This document shows positions 48,284 to 56,929 of a stretch of 64,000 nucleotides of DNA, in pieces; the stretch's first letter is position 1, and every line of letters starts with the position of its first letter. The translations under genes were made by a program, and so were the position numbers. The stretch is from assembly GCA_964500435.1 (NCBI GenBank), contig CAZCNL010000003.1, positions 40,664 to 104,663 of the forward strand, written 5' to 3'. A model generated the notes under the pieces. That model searched no databases, had not been told where the DNA came from, and saw only the letters and a list, made by a program, of their open reading frames with translations. The stretch comes from an uncultured Chloroherpeton sp. Its GTDB lineage: Bacteria; Bacteroidota; Ignavibacteria; Kapaibacteriales; UBA2268.

Positions 48284-50623
48284 TTATTCTTCAGCTAAAA
48301 CAATTACTTGCAAATGCTCATTGATTTGTATAACTGTTTTTTTATTTGGGTTTATAACATATTCATTATCAGCATTATCATAAATATATCCTATTGCAGT
48401 TTCATTGTAAACTGAAAAAATATCAATAATTTCGGCAAAAGTTAATTGATTTTGTTGTATATCAGCATAATCTTTTAATCTTCGGAAATATAACTCAGAA
48501 CCCTCTGATGTAAAGAGAATATTAAATGCTTTTTCTAATTCTCTTTCTTCGGATAATTGAGCTAAAATTGAACTTACCATTGTTGAACCAATGATATAAT
48601 CGCTGACTTGCTCATTTTTTGCTAACTCCTCATTAAATTTATTTAAAAGCTCAACAACAACTGAGTATTTGCGATTGTATTCTTTTGCGATATCTCGTAA
48701 ATGAATCAATGAAACTAATGTTATAGAATCTGCTGCTTCCATCTCTAATTCTTCATTGTTACTTAAAATTATTATATCGTCTTTGTCTTTTGTAATCTCA
48801 ACTAAAAAATCTTTATCTGTAATATCCCCAATACTAAAAGTAACATTTAATTCTCCAATTTTATAAGAATTATCATTAATTAATACGAAACTGTTTCTTA
48901 CTTTTTCATCATTGCAATTTTTAATATAATCTATTGTTTTTTTGAATTCTTCAGAATTAAAGGGTACAACAGTTAAATTGCATTCTAACTTTATATAAGA
49001 AGATAATTCACAAATAATCAATTCAAGTTTGTTATTTGAACCTAAGATTAAGAAATTTTTTGATTGCATATTCGAAACGACATCTTTTTTGGTATTATAA
49101 TTATGGATAGTCGGAATCTTAACAGGTGAATATTTAATTGTGCTATCATCTTCAGCAAGAATTACTAACTTATCCTCAGGTTTAAAAACGTAGTCCATAG
49201 GTGGATTTAATACGCAACCATTAAATTCATTTAAAATACCAAAAGGACAAGATTCTTGAAAATCAAATAATAACTCATAAAAAGTCTTTCCGATTAAATT
49301 GCGACCAACTTTTTTATTTGTTTCATCAACAATATATAATTCGCTCCCTTGAAAACCTATAATTTCACTAATAACTTTGGTCAACTTATGGTTAATAGTT
49401 GATTGGGTAATAATTCTCGACAAGAAGTTTGTTGAATTGAACACAATCAATTGGTCAGATGCGATACTTTTAGCAATCTTGATTGTTTTTTGGTCTGAAA
49501 TTTCGGCAGTAATATGAAATTTATTAATGGAATTTTTAGGTTTATGGTTAATTAATGCAATTATTGATTTAAGAATTGGCATATCATCAATATAATTGTC
49601 ATCTTTTAAAATAATAATTGAATTAGATTCCCAAGCATTTGCAATAATTAAATCAGAAAGAGACTGTGGCGAACCATTTCTGAAACTAATTTTGGTAGTT
49701 TGTGTATTTTCAAAATAATCCCGCAATGTTAAATCAATTTCATTTTTGTCACGTTCAGCTAAAATCACAATATGTGCTTTTTCTTTACTATAATTTGCTT
49801 CTATTAATTCCTCAATAATTTTGAAAATGTTTTGGGACCAACCTAAAATTAGAGTATGATTAGTATAAAGTATTGGCGATTTGCCACGTTTTTCATTTTC
49901 TTTTGTAGATTCCATATCAGATGTAATGATGCCAATAAATAAATTTAAAAATATCATTGCTGCGATGAATTGGAAACTTATGAAAAATAATGAAAATATC
50001 CAATCTGGAAATCCCGAATTTAAAAGCTTTTGTATTCCTTCGCTTTCGTAGAGACTTGACCAACCTTCGAATGTAATAAATAATAATCGCTTCATTGAAA
50101 TCCAAATGCTGCCGAAATTTTCAGCGTCAACTTTTCCAAACAAATCTGTTGCAATTATTCCATAAACATAAAAAAGAAGCATCAACAGCAAAACAACATA
50201 AGTCATTGAAGGAATACTTCGTAATAATGATGTAAGTAATATTTTTAAATTTTTGTTTTTTTCAAAAATTTTTGCAAATCTTAAAATTCTTGCTAATCGG
50301 ATTACGACTAAATATTGAGTGTCAATAACTGGAAAGAAAAAAGGTACGAAACAAACTGCTACAACCAAAAAATCAAAAATATGCCAAGAATCATAAAAAA
50401 ATCGCCAAGGGTATTTGCCTTCTGCTAAAATATTTATTATTATTTCAATAGCGAAAATAAGCAAGATTAAGTTATCAAAAAAATCTAAGATACTTCCATA
50501 TTTTGATGTTATTGATGGAGAAGTCTGCAACCCAACAACAACTCCTGTTAATAATATTACAATGTTTATGAAATTTTCAAATTTTTTTGAATGTGCAATC
50601 TTTTTAAATTTTGCTTGCCACAT
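48284..50623 (-). CDS. Voltage-gated cation channel-like protein (6TM, NaChBac-like pore) fused to large cytoplasmic tandem RCK/TrkA-like domains
   Basis: S4 helix with Arg/Lys every third position (VVIRLARILRFAKIF). Pore loop LLFITFEGWSSLYE resembles the TLESW filter of bacterial NaV/CaV channels. About 500 aa of cytoplasmic sequence follow, with two Rossmann-like ILGxS... segments. Confidence 0.55.
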   Translation of the reverse strand: MWQAKFKKIAHSKKFENFINIVILLTGVVVGLQTSPSITSKYGSILDFFDNLILLIFAIEIIINILAEGKYPWRFFYDSWHIFDFLVVAVCFVPFFFPVIDTQYLVVIRLARILRFAKIFEKNKNLKILLTSLLRSIPSMTYVVLLLMLLFYVYGIIATDLFGKVDAENFGSIWISMKRLLFITFEGWSSLYESEGIQKLLNSGFPDWIFSLFFISFQFIAAMIFLNLFIGIITSDMESTKENEKRGKSPILYTNHTLILGWSQNIFKIIEELIEANYSKEKAHIVILAERDKNEIDLTLRDYFENTQTTKISFRNGSPQSLSDLIIANAWESNSIIILKDDNYIDDMPILKSIIALINHKPKNSINKFHITAEISDQKTIKIAKSIASDQLIVFNSTNFLSRIITQSTINHKLTKVISEIIGFQGSELYIVDETNKKVGRNLIGKTFYELLFDFQESCPFGILNEFNGCVLNPPMDYVFKPEDKLVILAEDDSTIKYSPVKIPTIHNYNTKKDVVSNMQSKNFLILGSNNKLELIICELSSYIKLECNLTVVPFNSEEFKKTIDYIKNCNDEKVRNSFVLINDNSYKIGELNVTFSIGDITDKDFLVEITKDKDDIIILSNNEELEMEAADSITLVSLIHLRDIAKEYNRKYSVVVELLNKFNEELAKNEQVSDYIIGSTMVSSILAQLSEERELEKAFNILFTSEGSELYFRRLKDYADIQQNQLTFAEIIDIFSVYNETAIGYIYDNADNEYVINPNKKTVIQINEHLQVIVLAEE

Positions 50624-50753
50624 AATTGTAGTTTTTTTTTTTGAATAATAAATAAAGAAAAAAATAAATTAGCAAAATTTTTTTAAATATAATAACATTT
50701 TTACATTATTTCGTCAATAATTTCAATGATTTTATAAACAAAATTTTTACAAA

Positions 50754-51602
50754 ATGAATAATAATTATCATACATTCCTTTTTTTATTCTTCATAATATT
50801 TTTTTCATTTTCTTGCGGTAATTCACAAGATAGAACAAATAATAAAAAAGTTGAGAATGGCTTGACTGAACAAAAACAATCACAAAATTCCAATTCTGAT
50901 GTTAAATATAAAGTTTTATATCCAGTTATCAAAAAAATATATCCACACGATGAAAAAGCTTACACTCAAGGTTTGTATTACAAAAATGGTTATTTATATG
51001 AAAGTTCTGGGCTTTACGGTGAGAGCACTTTACGAAAAAATGATATTCTTACGGGCAATTCATTAAAAAAGATAAGTTTGCTCCCAATTTATTTTGGTGA
51101 AGGTATTACAATTTATAATGATAAAATTTATCAATTAACATGGACTAATAAAAAAGGTTTTGTATATGATATGAATTCATTCCAAAAAATTGGTGAATTC
51201 GTTTATCCGACTGAAGGGTGGGGAATAACAAGCGACGGCAAATCTTTAATTGTCAGCGATGGCACTAATTTTCTTACATTTTACGATCCAGTAACTTTCG
51301 AAATCACAAAAACCATTTCTGTACAATTTCAGAACCAATCTGTAATGAACTTGAATGAATTAGAATTCGTAGATGGGAAAATTTATGCAAATGTTTATAT
51401 GACTGATAAAATTGCAATAATAAATTCTGAAAATGGAAATGTAGAACAATGGATAGATATCAGCAGTCTTCGTATGCAACTTGATGACCCTTCTGCTGCC
51501 GAAGTTTCAAACGGAATTGCATTTAATCCCGAAACGAAAACTTTTTATTTGACTGGAAAATATTGGTCAAATTTATTTGAAGTTCTCTTTGAAGAAAAAT
51601 AA
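50754..51602 (+). CDS. Glutaminyl-peptide cyclotransferase, plant/bacterial type (beta-propeller QC), probable lipoprotein
   Basis: Conserved blocks shared with papaya and bacterial type-I QCs: AYTQGL, ESSGLYG, YFGEGIT, KIYQLTW, EGWGITSDG, SDGTN, LNELEFVDGKIYAN, NGIAFN, YLTGKYWSNLFE. N-terminus has a signal peptide with Cys (FFSFSC). Confidence 0.85.
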   Translation: MNNNYHTFLFLFFIIFFSFSCGNSQDRTNNKKVENGLTEQKQSQNSNSDVKYKVLYPVIKKIYPHDEKAYTQGLYYKNGYLYESSGLYGESTLRKNDILTGNSLKKISLLPIYFGEGITIYNDKIYQLTWTNKKGFVYDMNSFQKIGEFVYPTEGWGITSDGKSLIVSDGTNFLTFYDPVTFEITKTISVQFQNQSVMNLNELEFVDGKIYANVYMTDKIAIINSENGNVEQWIDISSLRMQLDDPSAAEVSNGIAFNPETKTFYLTGKYWSNLFEVLFEEK

Positions 51603-51623
51603 AGAATACTTATAATAAATTAA

Positions 51624-52340
51624 TTAATTGCCAATAAATAATGGTGATGGTTTTACATCACCAAATAAAAAAATAGGTACATCAGGATAATCAGGATTAT
51701 TAGTTAACAGCAAAATCTTTCCTTTTAATACGCCAACTTCATTAGGAGAAAAAGTTATAGTCAATGGGTATGAATCATTTTTCTTGATTATTTGTCCATC
51801 TTTTAAATTAACTCGAACATCCGATGGGGAAATTGAACCAATATTAACTATTACGTCCATATCTGATTTATTATTTAATGTTATTGTTTGGCTACTTGTT
51901 TCGCCTACACGAATATCAGTAAATGAAATAAATGAACTTGGTGAAACAAAGATATCACGTCTTATATCTGCTTTTAATGTTAATTCTAAAACACTATTTT
52001 TCGGATCGTTTGAAAACACTCTAATAGATTTTTGGATTGGTCCTTGGTATGATGATATTGATAAAGTTATTATCATACTTGTTTTCTCACCAGGTGCTAA
52101 AACATTTTTTGTGAGAGGTGCATTTGTGCAACCACAAGTAGGTTGAACATGTGTTATAACTAATGTATCAGTTCCAGTATTTCTCAATTCAATTTCGGCA
52201 TTTAATGGGTGGTCTTTTGGTTTTACTATTCCCCAATCAATGGTTGTGCCTTTTGGAAAGAATAATGTAGGTTCAGAAAATAGACAAATATTAGAAAATA
52301 GAAATATTAAAATCACACTATATTTAAGGCGGTTTATCAT
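51624..52340 (-). CDS. DUF1573 domain-containing secreted protein
   Basis: Signal peptide. NTGTDTLVITHVQPTCGCT matches the DUF1573 signature (F.N.G..PL.I..V..SCGCT). Confidence 0.65.
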   Translation of the reverse strand: MINRLKYSVILIFLFSNICLFSEPTLFFPKGTTIDWGIVKPKDHPLNAEIELRNTGTDTLVITHVQPTCGCTNAPLTKNVLAPGEKTSMIITLSISSYQGPIQKSIRVFSNDPKNSVLELTLKADIRRDIFVSPSSFISFTDIRVGETSSQTITLNNKSDMDVIVNIGSISPSDVRVNLKDGQIIKKNDSYPLTITFSPNEVGVLKGKILLLTNNPDYPDVPIFLFGDVKPSPLFIGN

Positions 52341-52420
52341 AATTATTACTCTTAGAAAAATATAAAATATTGTTCTTGGTAATTAAAACGTTTATATTCT
52401 GTTTTTGTTTATTTTAACTT

Positions 52421-53638
52421 TTATTTGAATAAAGAAAATTTTATAAGCTGACAATAATTCTTAGTTTGGATTTTGATGAAATAAATTCCACTTGAATAAG
52501 GGTAAGTTTCAAGAAAAATCTTATTTAAACCAATTTGTAATTTATGGTCATTAATTGATTGTAGCATATTCCCGAATATATCAATGATTTCTATATTCAC
52601 ATAGTAATCTGAATTAGTTTGAATTTGCAAGAAAGAATCATCATTATTTGTAAAAAAATCGCATTTAAACAAATTATTATCTTCTAAATTTACGGAAGTG
52701 TTCGATTTTGCTTCTCCTGAATTTGCATTTACCATAAGGCTTGATATATCAACAGCTTCGAAATCACTTCCTTTGATTTGTTTAAGCTCATTTATTGCAT
52801 CATTATTCCATCTTTCGTCGGGAACGCCTGAAATGAACCATGCAGAACCATTATCAGCAAGAATCATCCCATATTTTTTTAATGCTGTTAAAATAACTTG
52901 AGCTTCTTTGGAAAATGTTGAAATATTCACGCTATTTTTTAATCGGAAAACCTGTCCCATAGGTGGATATTTCTCATCAGTAATTGAAGAAGCATAATGT
53001 CTTGCGGGCCATTTATATTTTCGTTGAGTTTTTGGTACCGTAAATCTAATCATATGTTTAATTTCTCCAGCAGCGACTTCATCATATCTTACCAAACCTG
53101 GTAATATAGGTAATCCAGCAGCATCTGCTGAAGTCCACGAATCAGGACGTAGAGAATTTGAATTCAAATCAAAAATTGCTCCTGAACCTGCTCTCCAACT
53201 ACCATCCGGATTTTTATATGCAGAATAAAGTTCATATAATATGCAGTTGTCCTTATCAACTATTAAAATATGTCTATCACCGTTACTATCTTCGCCCCCT
53301 TCAATCAGTGGATTGTCTGGTATTGGATAAGGTCCTTTGTCAGATTCATCTGCATATTCGAATTGCACGAATACTTTTTTTTGATCGCCATCAACAATTG
53401 TATATGGAATCCCAATAGGCGCATTATTCCATAAACCAGAACCAAAATCAGGATGCAAATTTTTTGTTAGACCTATTGTTTGTATGTAAATATCTGAATT
53501 TTTATCTACTGGTAATTTATCAATTGGTGTGTTCCAAATATTGTTTGATGGTAATATTGAACAGGGCATTTCAACTTGTGCTAATGTAACAAAAGTTGAT
53601 ATTAATATAGTTGTGAAAATGAATAATATGTTCTTCAT
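52421..53638 (-). CDS. Secreted protein of unknown function with C-terminal T9SS sorting domain
   Basis: Signal peptide with Q at +1. A ~300 aa conserved-looking domain (HILIVDKDNCILYELY, MIRFTVP...WPARH, GMILADNGSAWFISG) with no family I can name. C-terminal ...GIYFIKIQTKNYCQLIKFSLFK CTD. Confidence 0.55.
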   Translation of the reverse strand: MKNILFIFTTILISTFVTLAQVEMPCSILPSNNIWNTPIDKLPVDKNSDIYIQTIGLTKNLHPDFGSGLWNNAPIGIPYTIVDGDQKKVFVQFEYADESDKGPYPIPDNPLIEGGEDSNGDRHILIVDKDNCILYELYSAYKNPDGSWRAGSGAIFDLNSNSLRPDSWTSADAAGLPILPGLVRYDEVAAGEIKHMIRFTVPKTQRKYKWPARHYASSITDEKYPPMGQVFRLKNSVNISTFSKEAQVILTALKKYGMILADNGSAWFISGVPDERWNNDAINELKQIKGSDFEAVDISSLMVNANSGEAKSNTSVNLEDNNLFKCDFFTNNDDSFLQIQTNSDYYVNIEIIDIFGNMLQSINDHKLQIGLNKIFLETYPYSSGIYFIKIQTKNYCQLIKFSLFK

Positions 53639-53700
53639 TGACTTCCATTATTTTTTTTCAAAATTATGAAATAAAGAGTTATTTCATATTATACACCAAG

Positions 53701-54696
53701 TTATACGAGATTCATTTCAATCATCTTTTCGGCAATTTGGATTGCATTTGTCGCCGCTCCTTTTCGAATATTATTTGCAACAACCCAGAGCCATAGTGAA
53801 TTTGGAATGGTTAAATCAGTTCTTATTCTGCCGATGAAAACTTCATCTTTTTCTTTTGTAAAAAGTGGTGTTGGGTAAATTTGCTCTTTTAAATTATCTA
53901 AAATTATTAAATTTTGTTGGGATTTAAATAATTCATTTAAATCTTTGACATCAAAAGATTTTTCGGTTTCAATAAAAACAGTTTCAGCATGTCCAACTTC
54001 AAATGGCAAACGGACGCAAGTCACTGTAATCGGGATATTAGGATTGTGAAGCATTTTCCTTGTTTCATTAATCATTTTTATTTCTTCTTCAGTCCAATTT
54101 TGAATTTTATCTGATTCAGTATGGAAGATTGCATTAGAAAATATAGGGTGCTCATTTGTATTGTTTTTATGTTCCATTTCAGAATATAATTTATCTAATC
54201 CTTTTTGCCCAGCACCAGAAATAGATTGATATGTAGAAACAATTGCTTTTTTTAATCCCAAATTGTCATAAATTGGTTTAATTGCAACTAATAGTTGTAT
54301 TGTAGAGCAATTAGGATTTGCGATAATATTATGATGCCAAAGTAAATCCTCGGGGTTAACTTCGGGGACTACTAAAGGAACATTTTCATCCATTCGCCAA
54401 GCTGAGGAATTGTCAATGACAATGGTTCCATTTTTTGCAAATAGTGGTGCAAATTCCTTGCTTATTTTTCCACCCGCCGAAAATAGTGCAAAATCGAATT
54501 TTTCGACCGTGGCTTCCTTTAAAGCACGAATTTTATAAACTTGTCCATTAAATGAAATTGTTTTGTCTTCTGACCTTTCGGATGCATAAAAAGTTATCGA
54601 AGAAATAGGGAAATTTCTTTCTTCTAATACTTTAATAAAAGTACGACCGACAAGACCAGTTGCCCCAACTATTGCAATATTAAATTTCTTGTTCAT
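53701..54696 (-). CDS. asd: Aspartate-semialdehyde dehydrogenase
   Basis: N-terminal NAD(P) fold IAIVGATGLVGR, active-site NPNCSTI, 331 aa. Confidence 0.9.
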   Translation of the reverse strand: MNKKFNIAIVGATGLVGRTFIKVLEERNFPISSITFYASERSEDKTISFNGQVYKIRALKEATVEKFDFALFSAGGKISKEFAPLFAKNGTIVIDNSSAWRMDENVPLVVPEVNPEDLLWHHNIIANPNCSTIQLLVAIKPIYDNLGLKKAIVSTYQSISGAGQKGLDKLYSEMEHKNNTNEHPIFSNAIFHTESDKIQNWTEEEIKMINETRKMLHNPNIPITVTCVRLPFEVGHAETVFIETEKSFDVKDLNELFKSQQNLIILDNLKEQIYPTPLFTKEKDEVFIGRIRTDLTIPNSLWLWVVANNIRKGAATNAIQIAEKMIEMNLV

Positions 54697-54724
54697 AATT
54701 TAATAACTTGTAATATAAATTTAA

Positions 54725-54800
54725 GTCGGAGTGACTGGACTCGAACCAGCGACCCCTGCGTCCCGAACGCAGTACTCTAGCCAACTGAGCTACACTCCGA
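54725..54800 (-). tRNA. tRNA-Pro (anticodon CGG)
   Basis: The reverse complement folds as a cloverleaf. Acceptor stem TCGGAGT/ACTCCGA, anticodon stem CTGCG/CGCAG with loop TTCGGGA, T-arm GGTTCGAGTCC. 76 nt, no encoded CCA. Confidence 0.85.
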
Positions 54801-55251
54801 AGTTTATTTCTCGAGGAAGTTCAAATTGAAAATGTCTTACATTATCATTTTCTTCATCAGTGGAAATTTTAATTTTAATACTTTTAGAAAAATCAAATGT
54901 TGTTTTTTCAGCCCATTCAATTATGGTAATAGCATTAGCATCATTTAAGTATTCTGAAAAACCTATTTCAACAAGTTCTGTTTCTTTTTCAATTCTATAC
55001 AAATCAATATGGTAAATGTAGAAAGGTGAGTCATCAAGAGTTGATGTATATTTATTTACAATTGTAAATGTGGGACTTGTAACTATTTCTTCGACTTGGA
55101 AATAATCACAAATCCCTTTAACAAATTCTGTTTTGCCGGAGCCCAAATCGCCATATAGTGCAATTATATCGCCTGCGACTAAACTCTTTGCAAATTCAAA
55201 GCCTAATTGCTCTGTTTCTATTTCACTTTTTGTTGTCGTTTTTACAATCAT
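54790..55251 (-). CDS. tsaE: tRNA threonylcarbamoyladenosine biosynthesis ATPase TsaE (YjeE)
   Basis: Walker A GDLGSGKTEFVKGI and ~150 aa size. The 3' end, including the stop codon, overlaps the 5' end of tRNA-Pro by 11 nt. Confidence 0.75.
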   Translation of the reverse strand: MIVKTTTKSEIETEQLGFEFAKSLVAGDIIALYGDLGSGKTEFVKGICDYFQVEEIVTSPTFTIVNKYTSTLDDSPFYIYHIDLYRIEKETELVEIGFSEYLNDANAITIIEWAEKTTFDFSKSIKIKISTDEENDNVRHFQFELPREINFGV

Positions 55252-55318
55252 TATTTTTTAAAATTACAAAATTAATCAAAATAAGTATTAATAAAATATT
55301 ATGTTGATTAATTTGTAA

Positions 55319-56887
55319 TTATCTTGGTTCCAATATACTGATTGGTATTATCATCTCTTCGAGTGATATTCCACCGTGTTGGAAGCTATCCCTATATTTT
55401 GATAAATAAAAATGGTAATCTGTAGGATACACAAAATATGTGTCCTCTTTTGCTATATAGTTACTAACTGAAATACCTTGTTTTGGCAGTTTTATTTCTT
55501 CCAAATTTTTAACTAACATTGCATTTTTAGTGTCTGCTTTTACATTTTTGCCGAATTTATATCTCAAATTCGTCGATGTATCTTTATCACCTAAAACTTG
55601 AATTCCTCGCATACAACGAACTGAACCGTGGTCAGTCGTAATAATTACGGTTGCATCTTTTTTCTCTGAAATCATTTTCAAAATTGAGAGTAAACTTGAA
55701 TGAGAAAACCAAGAACGAGTTAGTGAACGGTATGCAGATTCATTTGGGGCAATTTCTTTCAGAATTGCATAATCTGAACGTGAATGTGCAATCATATCTA
55801 CCGCATTAATTACAATGGCGGTCAAATGATTATTTAGGTATTCATTAAATTCACGCTCTACTTTTCGACCAAAATCAGTATCGAAAATTTTAATAAAATT
55901 ATATTTACTTTTTAATTTTATTCTTTTACGTTCAACCCAAGCTTCGAGTAAATCCTTTTCAAATGCGTTTTGTTTATGGTCTTCTGAGTTTGAATCAACA
56001 TTCCACCACTGAGGATAATGTTGCTTAATTTGAATCGGATAAAGTCCGGAAAATATTGCATTTCTTGCATATGGTGTTGCTGTTGGTAAAATTGAAGAGT
56101 AAAAATCTGTTTTTATTGAAAAGTACGGATTGAGCAAATCTTTCATTGTTAGCCATTGGTCGTATCGCATACAATCTACAACTATTAAAAATACTGGGTT
56201 TCCTTTTTTCAAAGCAGATTCCAAGTATAAATTCAATAAATGTGGCGAAAGTGGTGGATTACCATATTCAGGTTTATCTGTTAACCAAGAACGGTAATTT
56301 TCCTCTACATATTTGGCAAATTCTGTGTTTGCATTTTTCCATAAATCTTGTAAAGTTTGCTCTAAACCAGTATCGTTGATTCTATCCAATTCTAAAGTCC
56401 AATCAACAAGTTGGCGATATATTTCGACCCAGTCTTCCCAATTTTGATAAAATGTAATTTTTTGTGAAAGTTGGTTGAATCCTGATAAAAATGATTGAAT
56501 GAATGATGCTTGTTTGATTTTATCTTCTTCTATGAATTTTTTACAAGTCAATAAAATTTGAGCTGGATTAACCGGTTTTGTTAAATAATCATTTATTGAT
56601 TTGCCTATTGCTTCATCCATTAAACTTTCTGCTTCGTTTTTTGTAACCATCACAACATTAGTTGTTGGGTCAATTTTTTTGATTAAAGGTAATGTTTCGA
56701 GTCCAGTTAGCCCGACCATAGTTTCGTCCAGGAATACAATATTGTAGTGCTTATTCTTTACTAATTCGATTCCGTCTTCACCATTTGATGCAGTATCGAC
56801 ATCATAACCTTTTTCCTTTAATAAAATTATATGAGGACGAAGTAATTCAATTTCGTCATCAATCCAAAGGAGCGTTCCTTTATTCAT
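55319..56887 (-). CDS. porX: PorX-like response regulator: CheY-type receiver fused to PglZ (alkaline-phosphatase superfamily) domain
   Basis: N-terminal receiver (LLWIDDEIELLRPHIILLKEKGY...VFLDETMVGLTGLE...VVMVTK...KPV). A ~380 aa C-terminal PglZ-type domain follows. The 522 aa size matches PorX-family T9SS regulators. Confidence 0.7.
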   Translation of the reverse strand: MNKGTLLWIDDEIELLRPHIILLKEKGYDVDTASNGEDGIELVKNKHYNIVFLDETMVGLTGLETLPLIKKIDPTTNVVMVTKNEAESLMDEAIGKSINDYLTKPVNPAQILLTCKKFIEEDKIKQASFIQSFLSGFNQLSQKITFYQNWEDWVEIYRQLVDWTLELDRINDTGLEQTLQDLWKNANTEFAKYVEENYRSWLTDKPEYGNPPLSPHLLNLYLESALKKGNPVFLIVVDCMRYDQWLTMKDLLNPYFSIKTDFYSSILPTATPYARNAIFSGLYPIQIKQHYPQWWNVDSNSEDHKQNAFEKDLLEAWVERKRIKLKSKYNFIKIFDTDFGRKVEREFNEYLNNHLTAIVINAVDMIAHSRSDYAILKEIAPNESAYRSLTRSWFSHSSLLSILKMISEKKDATVIITTDHGSVRCMRGIQVLGDKDTSTNLRYKFGKNVKADTKNAMLVKNLEEIKLPKQGISVSNYIAKEDTYFVYPTDYHFYLSKYRDSFQHGGISLEEMIIPISILEPR

Positions 56888-56929
56888 CTTAATCCTCTGT
56901 TAATTAAAAATGTAGATACTTACCATTAA

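Noticed and set aside
54700-54830. tRNA as an integration hotspot or mobile-element boundary.
   Set aside because: No integrase, direct repeat of the tRNA 3' end, or compositional shift is seen on either side. The flanking genes are core housekeeping (asd, tsaE).
55319-56887. The PglZ domain could indicate a BREX phage-defence locus.
   Set aside because: The PglZ domain is fused to a CheY-type receiver, which is the PorX architecture. No pglX methyltransferase, brxC ATPase, brxL protease or brxA/B genes are nearby. The neighbours are a TPR protein, tsaE and ftsZ.
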